This document shows positions 49,433 to 63,520 of a stretch of DNA of 64,000 nucleotides, piece after piece. Position 1 is the first letter of the stretch, and every line of letters begins with the position of its first letter. Under the pieces are notes generated by a model. That model was not told the DNA's origin. It ran no database searches and saw nothing but the letters and a program-made list of their open reading frames with translations. The stretch comes from Vicugna vicugna (taxonomy: Eukaryota), in the NCBI GenBank assembly GCA_013265495.1, contig MU058213.1, positions 3,472,001-3,536,000 on the forward strand, given 5' to 3'. Both the position numbers and the translations under genes were made by a program.

Positions 49433-52400
49433 CATCCTATTCAACCTCATTTCTGGAGAAAACCAGGAAGAGTAAACAATGATTGAGTAAACAATAAAAA
49501 AGATGAATGAGCAGGGCATCTAAATTTATCTCTTTTTATCCTGCCTACTTCCGAGTGGATTTGGTAATTTTAAGATAGCACACAATGTAAATGGCACTTA
49601 AAGATAACACAGAACAGAACCCCTCTGAAAGAAGCAAAAGGAGTCAGGGACTTTGTATTTCCTCCTTGCTTAAAATATAGAAACAAAAACATATTTCTCT
49701 TTTCAAAATCTTTGAAGACTTGCTATTGCATAAACATCATTTCCCAAGTGTGTTCTGAGGAGTAATGGATCTGCTGGACACTGAAAGAGTTCAAAGGTGG
49801 TCACATAATTGGGAAACACTTGGTTAAACAAAATGCAAAAGTTTATTTCCTGTAGGACTTCAGGAGCATAACGTTACTAGTGTGCCTTGAGACATTCCAA
49901 GAAATACTGCATGCGGGATTATGCAGACTTATCAGTCAATGGGATGAGTTTTGTATGAGGCATCCTACAAACAGGTGAGGAACACATTTAAAAAATATTG
50001 GTCCAATTTCGACCAAAAATTTTGGTGTGGTTTTCAAAATGTGTACCTCTTGGGGAGTGATGGAAATGTTAGCTATCTTGATTGTGGTGGTGGTTTCATA
50101 GGTGTATACATCCATCAAAATTCATCAAATTGTACATCTGAAATTTGTGCAATTTACTGTACAGGAATCAGACAATGAAAAAGGTGTTAAAAAGTAGACT
50201 GGTTCAGAGGAAAAACTATAAATTCTTTAGCATGGGATTCTAGGCCCTCCACTTTTGTTTTACCAACCCACTCTGCAGTCTTACCTATTAATGTAAGTCT
50301 CCCCAGTAGAACTGTTTGACTGTGCTGAACACACCCTGTGTTTCACCCTCTCAAACTCCCTTCTGCTTCCTGGAAAATTTCTTTCTCTCTCTGCCTGTGT
50401 AAATCCTATCTACTTAGGGAGGCCCAGTTCCATGCCATTTTAATGAAAATGTTCTTGATGACATGAAATTGCTAATTTTCTCCTCTGTAATTCTACTCCA
50501 CTCTGTATCTTTTAACATCTGTCTTACAGCTCTCTTCTCCAGCCAGGCTGTAAGTTCTGTAACATCAACAAATGTCAGTGACTGGCATCTATAGCCAGAC
50601 TCTGTGCTAAGTGTGGAGAAGGTTAGTGACGTCCTGGAGTGGGCAGCCCGGCCTGGTTGACAAACATGCACATGTAATTAAAGGGTGTGTAAAAACTGTA
50701 AATGAAAAGTACAGAAATCTAAGAATGTTTATAGGAGAGGGATTAAGGAAAACTTTCATACTTTGTTTTATCCTAACGTGCCTTGCCTTTATAGGTATTT
50801 AACACCTAGAGATGAATTCTAAATTATTAAATAGTTTTAAAAATTGAAATGAACCAGACTTACTAGAAAATTATATCATCTTTATATCAGTGAATTCCTC
50901 CTTTGTTAAAAAAAAAAAAACAGCTATTGAGGCCTGAGGAAGTACTCCTTGATGTGGAGAGAATTTACCAAGAAGAAAAGCAGTAACAGTTCAAGCATTA
51001 TGAAACCAAGTCAGTAATGTGACAGGAAATGCTACAATACCAAAAAAAAGACGGAATCAAATTTCCTGTGCCTTTTCAGGAAATAGACTCAAGTCCTGCT
51101 TGCCCATTTCAAGAGGGTACTGACCAGTGTTGAACAGTGTTGGAGCAATAATTGAAAGGGTTAAATGACCTGTTCGACTTCTGGCAATCTGACTGTCTTC
51201 TTCAACCTGGACTTGAACTTAGCTTTCTGCTACCAGTGTGATGACTTGGTAATGTATGTGCTCTAGACTGGTTTATTGATTCCCTGATCATGTTTTTCAC
51301 TGCTTCAACTGTAGCTTATGTTCCCGGATCACTAACTGGCTTTGCTGCCACAGGGACTGAACTGTGTTCTCCTCCATATGTGAGAAGTTGTCTTCCTCAC
51401 TAAGACGTCTTCCCTACACTTGTGCCCAGTCGTCCCCATCTGTTCCTGACCTTTTCTGCCCTCTAGTGACCATAAGCCACTCTCCCACCCTTGGCATGTG
51501 GAACCCACCACTTGGAGGCTGCACAGTTAGTAGAGTTTGACAGACAGAATATTAGGCATGAATCTCTGTTACTCAAGTCCCACCAGAGTACAACCCTGAT
51601 CTCCGACTGACACCACCCTCAAATTTAAGAATTATATCCACAAGAGGTGAAATCCACAACTTAGGGAGACTTAGATTCAGACAAAACTACCCCACTTAGT
51701 AGGTTAAATATGATCTAAGAATATTTAAACAACGTTTAAAAGGAAGGTTAAAAATTACCCCTAAGTTTTGCCCTATAGTGAGGGCCTACAGTGCCTCGCA
51801 CATGGTTTAGATGTCATTATGTTAGCTGCTAAGTTAATTGCTCTGGATTCCAGTTTAATCATCTTTAAAGCTATGTGAATCTGAAGCTTATAAGCCACTG
51901 GACTTCATACTAGATAGTTTTCTTCAGTGTATTAAACAACAGCTCGTATAGTGAGTCTGGAGAACACTGCTGACAACCCAGGATTTATCCAAGTTTCCAG
52001 TCTCCAGACCCCTTAATAAGGCGATCCACCTGCAAAACTCCCTCGATTCAGGGGCAAGCAGCCTTGAAGCTACAATCATTCCAACCCTCCGGCCCTTAAC
52101 TTCACACGATTATATCTTGTTATCTGTCTGCCTTGCTTAGACTGGCCTGTCAAAAGTTGGGATGATGCCTTCCAATCTTCTGTATTTCACAACAAAAGAC
52201 ATTTAAAAAGCAAAATCTGCTTGTTGTTGTTTCAACAGCATTTTCCCCAATCATCAACAACAGTATTCAGCACAAACAATGCACAGTGACTGGCAAATAC
52301 TTTCAAGGACTTATTGTCAGCAAAATTAGAGCACATTTGGACAAGGCCTGAAGGGACTGGCCAAGGAATACATCCAAACAACAAACAAAATTAATTATCA

Positions 52401-52953
52401 AATAATTCCCAAGGAGGTTTTTCCTCTTCTTTTTTCTTTTTTCCGTAAACCTTGGTACAACACTACTTATATAGTGGTAGGTGGACATGTTTTTTCTAAC
52501 AATTTTTATTTTTTGAAATGAATAATCCTTTCTAAGTTTTTTTAAAATTCATAAGTAAAAACTGATTATTCTTATAATTTGATTATCTGATCAAATGTAA
52601 CTTGAGCTGACTTATAAATAGTTGTTACAGTTTCTCCCAGGGTTGAAAGTACATATAATTTTTACTGAAGAATATAATGTATCAGTGAAAACAGGGGCAA
52701 GGGGAAAGGATGTGGGTTACTGTTGTTTAAGAAAATAAGAACTCAATGGATTCCTTTAAAACCAAATTTTTCTTGCTTAACCAGCAAGGCAGGTACCAGT
52801 AGAGAAAAATAAAGCCATAGGGATGTGGTTCACTCCTTCATCCACGTCTACAGAGTGCCGTAGTTTTAGGCACCTTCCTCAGTGCACTGGAGCTCTGTCA
52901 AAGTTACAGGGGTATCAAGGGCTTGCAGCTCGAAATGCAATGTTCTAGAGGAA

Positions 52954-53150
52954 CCTTGTCCAACAGAACTTTCTGTAATAATGGAAATATTCTTTGTCTG
53001 TGCTGTCCAATGCAGGAGCCACGAATCACATGTGGCTACTGAGCGCTTGAAATGTGTCTCGTGCAGAGGAGGTTCAGAATTTTAAATTTTATTTCATTTA
53101 AATTAATTTGAATCTCACTAGCCACATGTGGTTACTGTATTGGACAGTGA
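52954..53150 (+). mobile_element. MER3 hAT-Charlie MITE
   Basis: tgtccaacagaactttctgtaataatggaaatattct...cacatgtggctactgagcgcttgaaatg...gtattggacag. Confidence 0.8.
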
Positions 53151-53778
53151 AATTATAGAAACATTTTCAGTGAAACAGTACTTTCTGGTTTTATGCATGA
53201 TTTTTAGTTCTTGCTCTGGGAGTCATGCGTGTCCCCAGAACTGACTGACTCTCCCACCATACTGTATTTGGAATCAGGACTCTTTTTTAAAACATTGAGT
53301 TGGCTCATCATATGTAAGGAAAAGTTGTATTATGCTCTTTAAGGATACTCCTGGGAAAGAAGTCACCCTAAGGCAAGGAGGAGAAACTGCAGCCCAGTGG
53401 GAGGCAGCAGTACCTGAAAATGACAATGCCTGAAAATACAGTAGCAATGATGACATGACAGGATTTGTTCAAGAGAGCATGGGAGCCAAGTCTTGGGAGC
53501 ATGCCACATATTGAAGAGTACTTCATAGCTGCCTGGGATCTTTTGTGGGCAGAAGAGAAGGGCTGTCATTGAAACTTGGGTTTATAACTGGCATTTTGTT
53601 TCCTTTGCTTCTTGGAGTCTGATGAAGCTTGAGAAAACTTAGGTTGTATGTATTGAATAAAGAGATGTGACTGGCTTCTATCAGTATAATATATTTCAAA
53701 AGTTTTATTACCTGTCTGATAAAATTTACAAATGAAAATCCAGAATGATATCCAAGTTAATTTTAGAAGGTTAAAAAA

Positions 53779-54515
53779 GGGGTGTGGAGAAAAGGGAACC
53801 CTCCTACACTGCTGGTGGGAATGTAATTTGGTGCAGCCACTATGTAAAACAGTATTGAGATGCCTTAAAAAGATAAAAATAGAGTTACCATATGATCCAG
53901 CAATCTCAATTTTCTGGTGAAAACTCCAATTGGAAAAGATACGTGTACCCCGATGTTCACAGCAGCACTATTTACAACAGCCTTACATGGAAACAACCTA
54001 AATGTCCATCAACAGATGACTGGATAAATAAGTTGTGGTATATTTATACAATGGAATACTACTCAGCCATAAAAATTAAATAATGCCATTTGCAGCAATA
54101 TGGGTGGACCTAGAGATTATCATACTAAGTGAAGTATGTCATAGGTAAGCCTCCTCCTCCTCCTCAGACAAATATCACATGATATCACTTATATGTAGAA
54201 TCTAAAATATGATACAAATGAACAAAACAGAAACAGACTCACAGACATAGAAAACAAACTTATGGTTACCAAAGGGGAAAGGGTAGGTGAGGGATAAATT
54301 AGAAGCTTGGGATTAGAAGATACTAACTACTATGTATAAAATAGATAAACAACAAGGTCCTACTGTATAGCACAGGGAACTACATTCAATAGCTTGTAAT
54401 AATCTATAATGAAAAATAATATGAAAAAGAATATATATCTATAACTGAGCCACTATGTTGTACACCAAAAACTAACACAAAATTGTAAGTCAACTATACT
54501 TCAATAAAATTTTTT
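53779..54515 (+). mobile_element. 5'-truncated L1 (ORF2 end and 3'UTR), same type as 24447-26449
   Basis: [21 protein letters not shown]...LPYDPAI; ends caactatacttcAATAAA. Confidence 0.9.
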
Positions 54516-54989
54516 TAAAAATCTCAAGAACCAAATATATACTTTTTTTCAGTAAAAGGGAAGAGCTATAATACAGACACCAGATGGACAAAACTGAATT
54601 GCTTATATAAATCATACAAAATTGAGTTTTTATGCATGTCCCAAAGAGACCAACTAGATAAATGTGGAATTATAATAGCTGAGTTATATTTTGCTTTTAC
54701 CTGATCGATAACTGCCAACCAAATATTTTAGCATAAGGATAAATCCTGGGTACACCAGGATATGTGTCTTTTTGTAAAAGTAACCTTTTGTTGAAAACGT
54801 TTAAAAAATAGAGATTACAGTTAGGAGATTATTTGATTCCTAAAGATCAAGAATAAAACAAAAACTGTATTCTAATGTGACTTTCACAAAATAAAATGTT
54901 TATTTTAATGTCTTCCAAAACTATAAGCTCATTAAAATGAAAATAATGCTATTAATAAAAACTGTCATATCTTGAAACAGTCATTAATA

Positions 54990-57890
54990 GACAACCTGAA
55001 TAGGCCTATATCTATAAAAGAAATTAAATCAGTAATTAATAACCTAATAAAACAGAAAATACCAAGCCCAGATGGATTCACTGGCAAATTCTACCAAACA
55101 TTTAAGAAAGAAATTATACCAATTCTCTACAAACTCTTTCAGAGGACAGAAATGAGGGAATACTTCCTAACTCACTTTATGAGGTGAGCATTACCCTGAC
55201 ACCAAAACTAGATGAAGACATTATATAAGAAAAGAAAACAACTGACCATGTCTCCCATGAACAGAGATGTAAAAATCCTCAACAAACCATCAGCAAACTG
55301 AATCCAACAAAGAATTACACGTCATAATGAAGTAGGATTTAGCTCAGGTATGCAAAGTTAATTTAACATCTGAAAATCAATTAATGTGATCCAACAGGTC
55401 AAAGAAGAAAAAAATCGTATGATCATAACAATAGGTACAGGGAAAAAATTTAACAAAAGCCAACACCAATTCATGACAAAAATGTTCAGTAAACTAGGAA
55501 TAGTGGGAACTTTCTTAAGTTGATAAGGAACATCCCCAAAAAACCCTACATCTAACTTCAGACTAACTGGTGAGAAACTAGAACGTTTCTCACTAAGATC
55601 AGGAACAAGTCAAGGATGTCCCTTGTCACCACTTCTTTTCTGTATTGTACTGATGTCCTAGTTAATATAATAAGACAAGAAAAGCAATAAAAAGTATACA
55701 GATTGGGAACGAAGAAATAAAACTGTCTTTGTTTGCAGATGACACAATCATCTTTGGAGAAAATCCAAAAGGAATGACCAAAAACTCCTGAAACTAATGA
55801 GCAATTATAGCAAGATCACAGGATACAAGGTTAATATGGAAGAATCAATTGCTTTCCTACATATACCAGCAATGAACAAGTAGAATTTGAAACAAAAAAC
55901 ACAATACCATTTACAACAGCACCCCCCAAAAAATGAAACACTTAAGTATAAATTATCAAAATATGTACAAGACCTACATGAGGAAAACCACAATACTCTG
56001 ATGAATGAATTCAAAGAACTAAACAGATAGAGAAATATTCCATGTTCATGGATAGGAAGAGTCAAGATACCATTTCTTCCCAATTTGATTTATAGATGCA
56101 AGGCAATCCCAATTAAAATCCCAGACAAGTTATTTTGTGGATGTTGAAAACTGATTGTAAAGTTTACTATATGGAGACACAAAAGACCCAAAATAGCCCA
56201 CAAAATACTGAAGGGCAGGAACAAAGCTGGAGAACTGATGCTACCTCACTGTAAAACTACAATAACCTAAACAGTGTGCTAATGGTGAAAAAAACAAACA
56301 AACAAATCAACAGAACAGTATATAGAGCCCAGAAATAGACCCATATAAATACAGCTAACTGATTTTTGACAAAGGAGCAAAGGCAATACAATGGAGAAAA
56401 GACAGCTTCTTCAACAAATGATGCTGGAACAACTGAACATTTACACACACAAAAATGAATCTACACACAGACTTTACATCCCTCACAAAAATTAACTCAA
56501 AATGACTCACAGATGTAAATGTAAAATGCAAAACTATACAACTCCTATAAGATAACCTAGGAGAAAATTTAAATGAATTTGGGTTTGGTGATGACTTTTT
56601 AAATACAATACTAAGGGCATGATCCATGAAAGAAATAACTGATGATCTGGACTTCATTAAAATTAAAAATGTCTACTCTGTGAAAGACACCATCAAGAGC
56701 ATGAAAAGACAAGCCACAGACTGGGAGAAAATATTTGCAAAAGACACATGTGATAAAGGACTATTATCCAAAATACATAAAGAATACTGAAAACTCAACA
56801 AGAAAACAAATAACACAACTAAAAAATGGACCAAAGCCCTTAACAGACACCTCAGCACAGAATATATACAGATGGCAAATAAGCATATTTCATAAGATAT
56901 TCCATATCGTATGTCACCAGGGAAATGCAAATTAAGACAATAGTAAGATACCACTGCGCATATATCAGAATGGCGAAAATCCAGGACACTGACAACACTA
57001 AATGCTGGTAAGGCTATGGAACAACAGGAACTCTCATTCACTGATGGTGGGATTGAAAAATACTAGCCACTTCAGAAGACAGCTAGGCAGTTTCTTACAA
57101 ACTTACTCTTCAGCTTACTCTTAAGTAAACTTACTCCCACCATGTGATCCAGCAGTCACATTCCTTGGTATCTACCCAAAGGAGCTGAAAAATTATATCT
57201 GCACAAAAACCTACACAGAGATATTTATAGCAGCTTTATTCACAACTGCCAAAACTTGGAAGCAACCAGGATGTCCTTCAGTAGATGAATGTACAAATAA
57301 ATACAAATAAATAAGGTACACTCAGATAATGGAATATTATTCAGCACTAAAAAAAGAAAACCAAAAAAATCCAAAACAACCACACCAGTTATCAAGCCAT
57401 GAAAAGAGATGGAGGAAATTTAAATGCATATGGCTAAGTGAAAGGAGTCAAACTGAAAAGGCTAGACTGTATGATTTCAACTACAGGACATTCTAGAAAA
57501 TGCAAAACTATGGGGACAGTAGGAAGATCACTGGTTGCTAGGCAACAGGGGATGGAGGGATAAAGATACAAAACACAGGAGATTTTTAGGGCAGTGAAAC
57601 TACTCTGTATGATATGATAGTAGATACATGACATTATAAATTTGTCCAAACCTATAGAATGTATACCACCAAGAGTGAACCCTAAATTAAACCACGGACT
57701 CTGAATGATAATGATATGTCAATGTAGATTTATAAGTTGCAACAAATGTACTACTCTGGTGGGGGATACTGATAATGGAGGAGGTTGCATGGGTCGGAGT
57801 AGGGAGTATACAGGAAATCTCTGTACCTTCTGCTTACTACTTCTGTGAACATAAGACTGCTCTAAAAAATAAAGTCTATTAAAAAACAAC
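54990..57890 (+). mobile_element. ~2.9 kb decayed L1 (ORF2 RT region to 3'UTR; L1MC1/2-like end)
   Basis: ORF 54972-55187 contains PDGFTGKFYQTFK; ctgtctttgtttgcagatgac is the RT FADD motif; 3' end ggaaatctctgtacc...aaaaataaagtctatt. Confidence 0.9.
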
Positions 57891-58509
57891 ACCTTTTGAG
57901 AGGTCTGGAATTGTTTAGTCTACAAACTGAAAAGAAAGAATCTACCATCCTATGGCTAGAAGCTAATTTTATCAATAATACAAGATGAGGAAGACTATCT
58001 CTATGAATCAATGTTTTCAATGAGGGGTAAAAAAATAATAAGGCCCTGATTGCTTATGGCCCATTCATAGGATTTTTTAGATTCTAATTCTCTTCTCCTG
58101 TTAATTTGCTGTATAATCCTTATTTATTTCTGTCCTTCTTTTGAACGCCTAGTCTTCACATAGTTTTTTCCCCAAGAATATACACAGTCAAAATTGACTA
58201 TAAATAAAAAGAACCGTGCCTTACTTCTTAATAGGGCTTTGGAAAAACTGTATTCCTTTGAAAATATGTCATGATCTTCGATTTAGAGCCTGAGGAAGAC
58301 ATGCTTCCTCAGATTTCTAGTCTGCATTTTTGCACTACTTTTTAATGAGTTCTTTTCATGTATTTCCTGTTATTCAACTGTCAACCTGGATTCTTAAACT
58401 TATATATGATTCAGTTTGTACATATATAAAACAATTACTATTATGTTATGGAATGTGTCACTTCATAGTTCACAGTGCACCTTCATATACTCTCACAATA
58501 TTACAAGGC

Positions 58510-58760
58510 AGATAATAGTAGCTACTTTTTATTGAGCACCAACTATCTGCCAAATAGATATAAAATGTCCAGTCCGCAAATCAACTCTGCCAAGTTTCAC
58601 ACATCATGTTTCACAAACATGAAATTAAAACTCCAAGAAGCTGTAAGAGGAATTAGTGTAGCAAATTCACTATACAGTTATTTTCACTCCAGTGAGAAAT
58701 GGGAAAGGTTGGTATCCCAGATATATGAACCCAAAGTGCAGATTTGTGGTGATTAAGGCT
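58510..58760 (-). mobile_element. MIR fragment
   Basis: tttattgagcaccaactatctgcca...catcatgtttcacaaacatgaaattaaaactc. Confidence 0.5.
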
Positions 58761-59049
58761 GAGATGAGGTGTAATTAGGTGACCAGTTCTACGTCTTAAC
58801 TCTAATCTCAGTTTTGGGTTCCAGAATACAACCTCAATTATATTGTTAACAAACGTATTATCAAACACTATCTGCTTAAAGAAACAGAAAAGCCTATGCT
58901 AAATAATTAGCATGCTCAGCCCCAAAGTGAAATGAACAACATAAAACAGATGAAGAAATAGACAGACATAAGTTAAAGGGGATGAAACTGTCTTGAGCTA
59001 TGGCAAAACTAAAATGACCTACATGACTTAGAGAGAGATCCAGTCAGAA

Positions 59050-59345
59050 CTGTTTAGAACTACTATTAATTTTAAGTGTGACAACTGCATGGTACTTTTG
59101 TATATCTAAAAGGTCCTTATCCATTACAGATGCACTCTGAAGTATTTATGGGTAAAATTATATGATGTATGGGATTTACTTTGAAAAAAAAGAGGGGAAG
59201 AGATGGATGACCTGATTGACAAAATGTTGGTAACTGTTGAAACTGGGAGCTCATTTGGGACACACATGGAGGATTACTGCATTATTCTTTCCACTTTTTG
59301 TGTGTTTGAAATTTTCCGTAATAAAAAGTTTAAAAATATTTGGAA
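59050..59345 (+). mobile_element. Old L1 3' end (L1MC/ME-like)
   Basis: gaagtatttatgggtaaaattatatgatg...ttgaaattttccgtaataaaaag. Confidence 0.65.
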
Positions 59346-60946
59346 AAAAAGGTAGTTTGTAATGATTTAGGTAGTTTATACTAGTTATTGGAGAAAAAGA
59401 ACACAGTGAAACTCATAAAGAGTGTTGCAGGAGGTAGAAACACAAAGCATGTGTTATTTGATCAATAAAATTAATCAGAAGGAAGAAAGTAATTACAAAT
59501 GTTGAGTCACAAGTCAGGAGAAGAGAAAAAGAAAAGTCTGAAAGATAACCTGGTTCTCTAGAAATGTGCTTCCACAATCCCTTGAACTTCACTCTCACTC
59601 AACCACGGCAGTAAGAAGGACCTGATCAGGACTTGATCTGTTCTTCAGGAGGTAAACATTATTCTTCAGACTGCAGTCAGTCCCAGTGGAAATCTGCCTT
59701 TAAAAGACAACACTTTTCTTTGTTCTTTCTCATGCTGGCTTACTAGAATAATCTTCCCCAGGCAGCTTCACCCTGTAGACTCCTCCTACTGCAGTGCGGG
59801 ATGAAAGTCCTCTTGGTTACACGTGCAGAAAAGTGCTTTAGGATCCATACTAGAGCTAAGTTTTGGTCCAAATACATTTACTAGATTTACAATACAGAGC
59901 AAATCATTTTAACTTTTGTGAGCTTGCTCTCTTATTTCTAATATGGAGATAATCACTGTCTCAGAGAGTTTTCTGATACGTGGTATATAATACATGCTGA
60001 CTGATTAAAACTTTTACAGGGACAGGGTTAAGAGTTTAAAAAAAGAATATATCAAGATTTTGTTCACGTTAAAAAAAAAAGTCATAGTTGAGGTTCTGAG
60101 TTCTAGTGTGACAGTGAACATCCAGTATTATTCTCCATTAGGAGGCCATTCTGTCTCCTCTTCCTTTGTGTCTGTAGCCACATTTTTAGTAGGTCTTTCC
60201 TCTTCCTCAGAGTGACAGGCACGCACACTTACATTTAAACATACTGCCACTAATGTAAAAGGTTGGGAGATACGTTAAGGTAACCACATATTCTATTATA
60301 AAGAATGTTTACTTTAGTCTTTCTAGAAGCATCCTCACTTCTCGAATATATATAATGTATTTCAGACAACAGATATGAAAATCAGGCACCTTCCTTTCTG
60401 TAAGTTAATTAAATTAGTCAGTATCTTAAGAATTTGTTAAGTAAGTATCGCTTTTAAGGCATGGTTTACCTTGAATTAATCCAGTTTCAGAACCTATGAA
60501 AGAAATCACCTCCACTCTGAGTTTATCACTAACCACAGCCATAAAACATAATTGGGCAACCACTGCAGGTTTCTTCTCTTGCAGAAACAAGATGACCTCT
60601 GAGAAAGAACCTGCAGATACTGACATTTAGAAGTTGCCTGACAATGAAGCCTACCATCTGAAAAGGCCCACACATTTACAGAGCCTTCAGATAACTTCAT
60701 AGTGACTCATTTTCAAACATGAACAGACAGCCAAGGTTCACCAGAGACCTGGAGGAAAATGTCTAATAACAAAGAGAAACAAACATCAACAGCAGCAGAG
60801 TGACCCACAGGGACCAGAGACAACGTCGGACCCATAATAAAGCTGATTTTAAAAGACCTTAAGTAAAATATTCTCAGAGAAATAAGAGATGGCACTTACA
60901 GAACAAGAATCAAAAAAAAAATCATCAAAAAAAATCATCAAATGTG

Positions 60947-61653
60947 TGCCATTCACAGCAGGCACATATTCTATTTCTGATAATACTTGTTAAACTCATT
61001 TGCTTTGAAGATGACTTGAATTTCCATCAAGCTCTGTGACTCTTTAAGAGGGTTCAGTCTTTCAGCCTTGGTACAAAACAGAAATTAAAATAGCCAAAAT
61101 TTTAAAACTAAAGAGAAGGAAAAACTTGGGGGAAAATCTTCCAGAATGTAGAGTAAGGAGGCAAAGAAATAGAAAATGGGAGAGAAAAGTAAATTATAAG
61201 ATCAACCCAAGAGGTGCAAACTTTGGTTTTGGAATTCTAGGAAGAGAGAACACAGAGAAAAAGGCAGAAAGGAAATCATCAAAGGAAAAAAACCCTGATT
61301 TTAAAAACAGGCCCATGTGTTATCTTGATAAAATTTTAAATTAGTTAAAAATTATATAGACAATCACATAGCTCAGAGTTTAGGCGTTCACATGCCTGAA
61401 GTAGGAATATTGACGTTATTATATATTCTACTATATTGTATATTGTATGGTTCTTTTTTTTCAATGGGTAATTCTCTCTTCTCATCTAAATTATAAGCTC
61501 TTTAAAGCCAGGAATAATATTTGCCATTCACAGCAGGCACATATTCTATTTCTGATAATACTTGTTAAACTCATTTGCTTTGAAGATGACTTGAATTTCC
61601 ATCAAGCTCTGTGACTCTTTAAGAGGGTTCAGTCTTTCAGCCTTGGTACAAAA
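60947..61653 (+). repeat. Perfect 132-bp direct repeat (60947-61078 and 61522-61653)
   Basis: Base-by-base comparison of tgccattcacagcaggcac...cagccttggtacaaaa shows identical copies 575 bp apart. Confidence 0.95.
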
Positions 61654-63354
61654 GGTAAAGGTCATTTTTAGCTAAAACAGTTACATGAAACTCCAGGGAC
61701 AACTCTGAGAATCCAGCTCATACATTAAGTCTGGAATGAAGTCATCTTACTAAACAATGATAAACTTAAAGCGAGTCAAATGGCCTTTGTTTAAACACCC
61801 TTCAAACTTTTGGCCTATTCAATCTCCTTTTTAGAAAACTTGATCTGAGCCTCTACCCAGACACATAGTTCTATGGTACCAGTTAGTGGAATATGTAGGC
61901 TATGAATCAGACTCCACTGTGGAAACTAACCCTTGAGTCACGATCATAACATTCCACTGGCATCCACCCCAGGGACAAGGTATTCATTTAAGAGTGCCAC
62001 TCTTCCATGCAAAGGGTGAAGCATCAAGAAGCTCCCACTCATCATTATAGTCATCCCTTAAGTATCCTAGTTTGGTTATCTGTTTGCACAAGGCTGTCTG
62101 GTCAACCTCATCCATCAGGCTCTACTGTCATCTCTACTCCTTTCCAAAGAGTCCCTTGGCTTCAGTCATTAATTTAATAGACACTTACTGAGTGCCTATT
62201 TTGAGTGAAGCACTGTTCCAGGTACTGGGGATATAGTAGTGAATAAGACAAAAAGTCCCTGATTCAGGGAATTACACTCCAGTAAGTCAGAGCCCAGAAA
62301 AGATTACCCATTTGCTTAAGCCTCTCTCTAGAATTTTTCTGTGATCAATTCTAGAAAATTTACATTTGTCGGCCTGCTTGCCTGCCTATCTATCTCCTCA
62401 CCTTTCAGTTTTTCCTTGCTAGGCTCCTTTTTTCTCATTGCTTACCTGAAATGTTTAGTATCTCCTCAGGTTCCTTAAAGTCAGGCTAAGCCATGAGCAG
62501 CCTCAAAGACCAAAAGTACCCAGCTAACAATGAGATTTCTTACGCTGCTCCAGTGGAGAAACAGTTCCTAAGATTTTCATATACTGATCTATATTTGGGG
62601 AGGGATACATACTTTTAAGTAGCATTAATAAGTTATACATAAAGGATTTTTTTAACTTTCTCCTTAAAGATCAATCAAAAGGACAGCTCATAAGTAAGCA
62701 CTGATTACACAGGGTATATCAGTTCATTACATAAGCCAGCGTAAGACTCAAACATTCTTAGCAGTACCCTAACTGGCACTGCTAGAGGGAAGTGTTACTG
62801 GAAAGATTGCAAATGTTCATAAAGAGGAAGATAGAAGATATTACTTGAAAAAGCCAGAATAGTTAAAAAAAATAAAACATTTCAATTGTGTATTTTTCAA
62901 GTCTCATGCTGAGAAGGGAAAAAGTTAATGTAGGTGACAATTAAAAAAAAAACACCACCACAAATTAACAGCCATAATGAATTAAAGAGATTTAAGCAGA
63001 ACTGCATGCCTTATAGACCAATATTTTTAGATTCTTAAATGAAACTAGAATGTAATCCTAGAAAATTTAACAGTCAGAATTCTGTGAGAGTCATACTGAA
63101 GTTCTTTCCTGAGACAGGCAGACAACCTTGCTCTTGAATGTCTGTTGGTCCAAACAATCTCTTCTGTATTACATGGTCTCAGTCAACAACTAGTCTAAAT
63201 GCACAAGTAGATTTAAAACTCTTTGTAAATACTTTGGCCCTTTGCAAATTATTATGGCTCTTATGTAAAAGCAGAAGAGGGACTCATTGGCTACTTTAAC
63301 TATGAACTGTTACTGTTCTCACTAAAAAAAAAAAAAAAAGGTCTTAAAGTCTTG

Positions 63355-63520
63355 ATTCCCACAGTATGTTTGAGGAATTAGCAGCATTGATATGACCTGG
63401 GAGCATATTAGAAATATGGAACCACCTCAGGCCCCACCCTCAGAGCTACTGAACCAAAATCTGCATTTTAAAAAGCTCTCTAGGGTATGTATACACACAT
63501 GAAAAATTGAAAATCAGCAG
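63355..63520. mobile_element. MER5-like MITE fragment
   Basis: cagcagcatt..acctgggagcatattagaaat...ctcaggccccaccc...aatctgcatttt. Confidence 0.6.

Noticed and set aside
60947..61653. LTR pair or solo element as the explanation for the direct repeat
   Set aside because: It starts TG but does not end CA, has no primer-binding site, polypurine tract or flanking TSD, and the spacer is L1-like.
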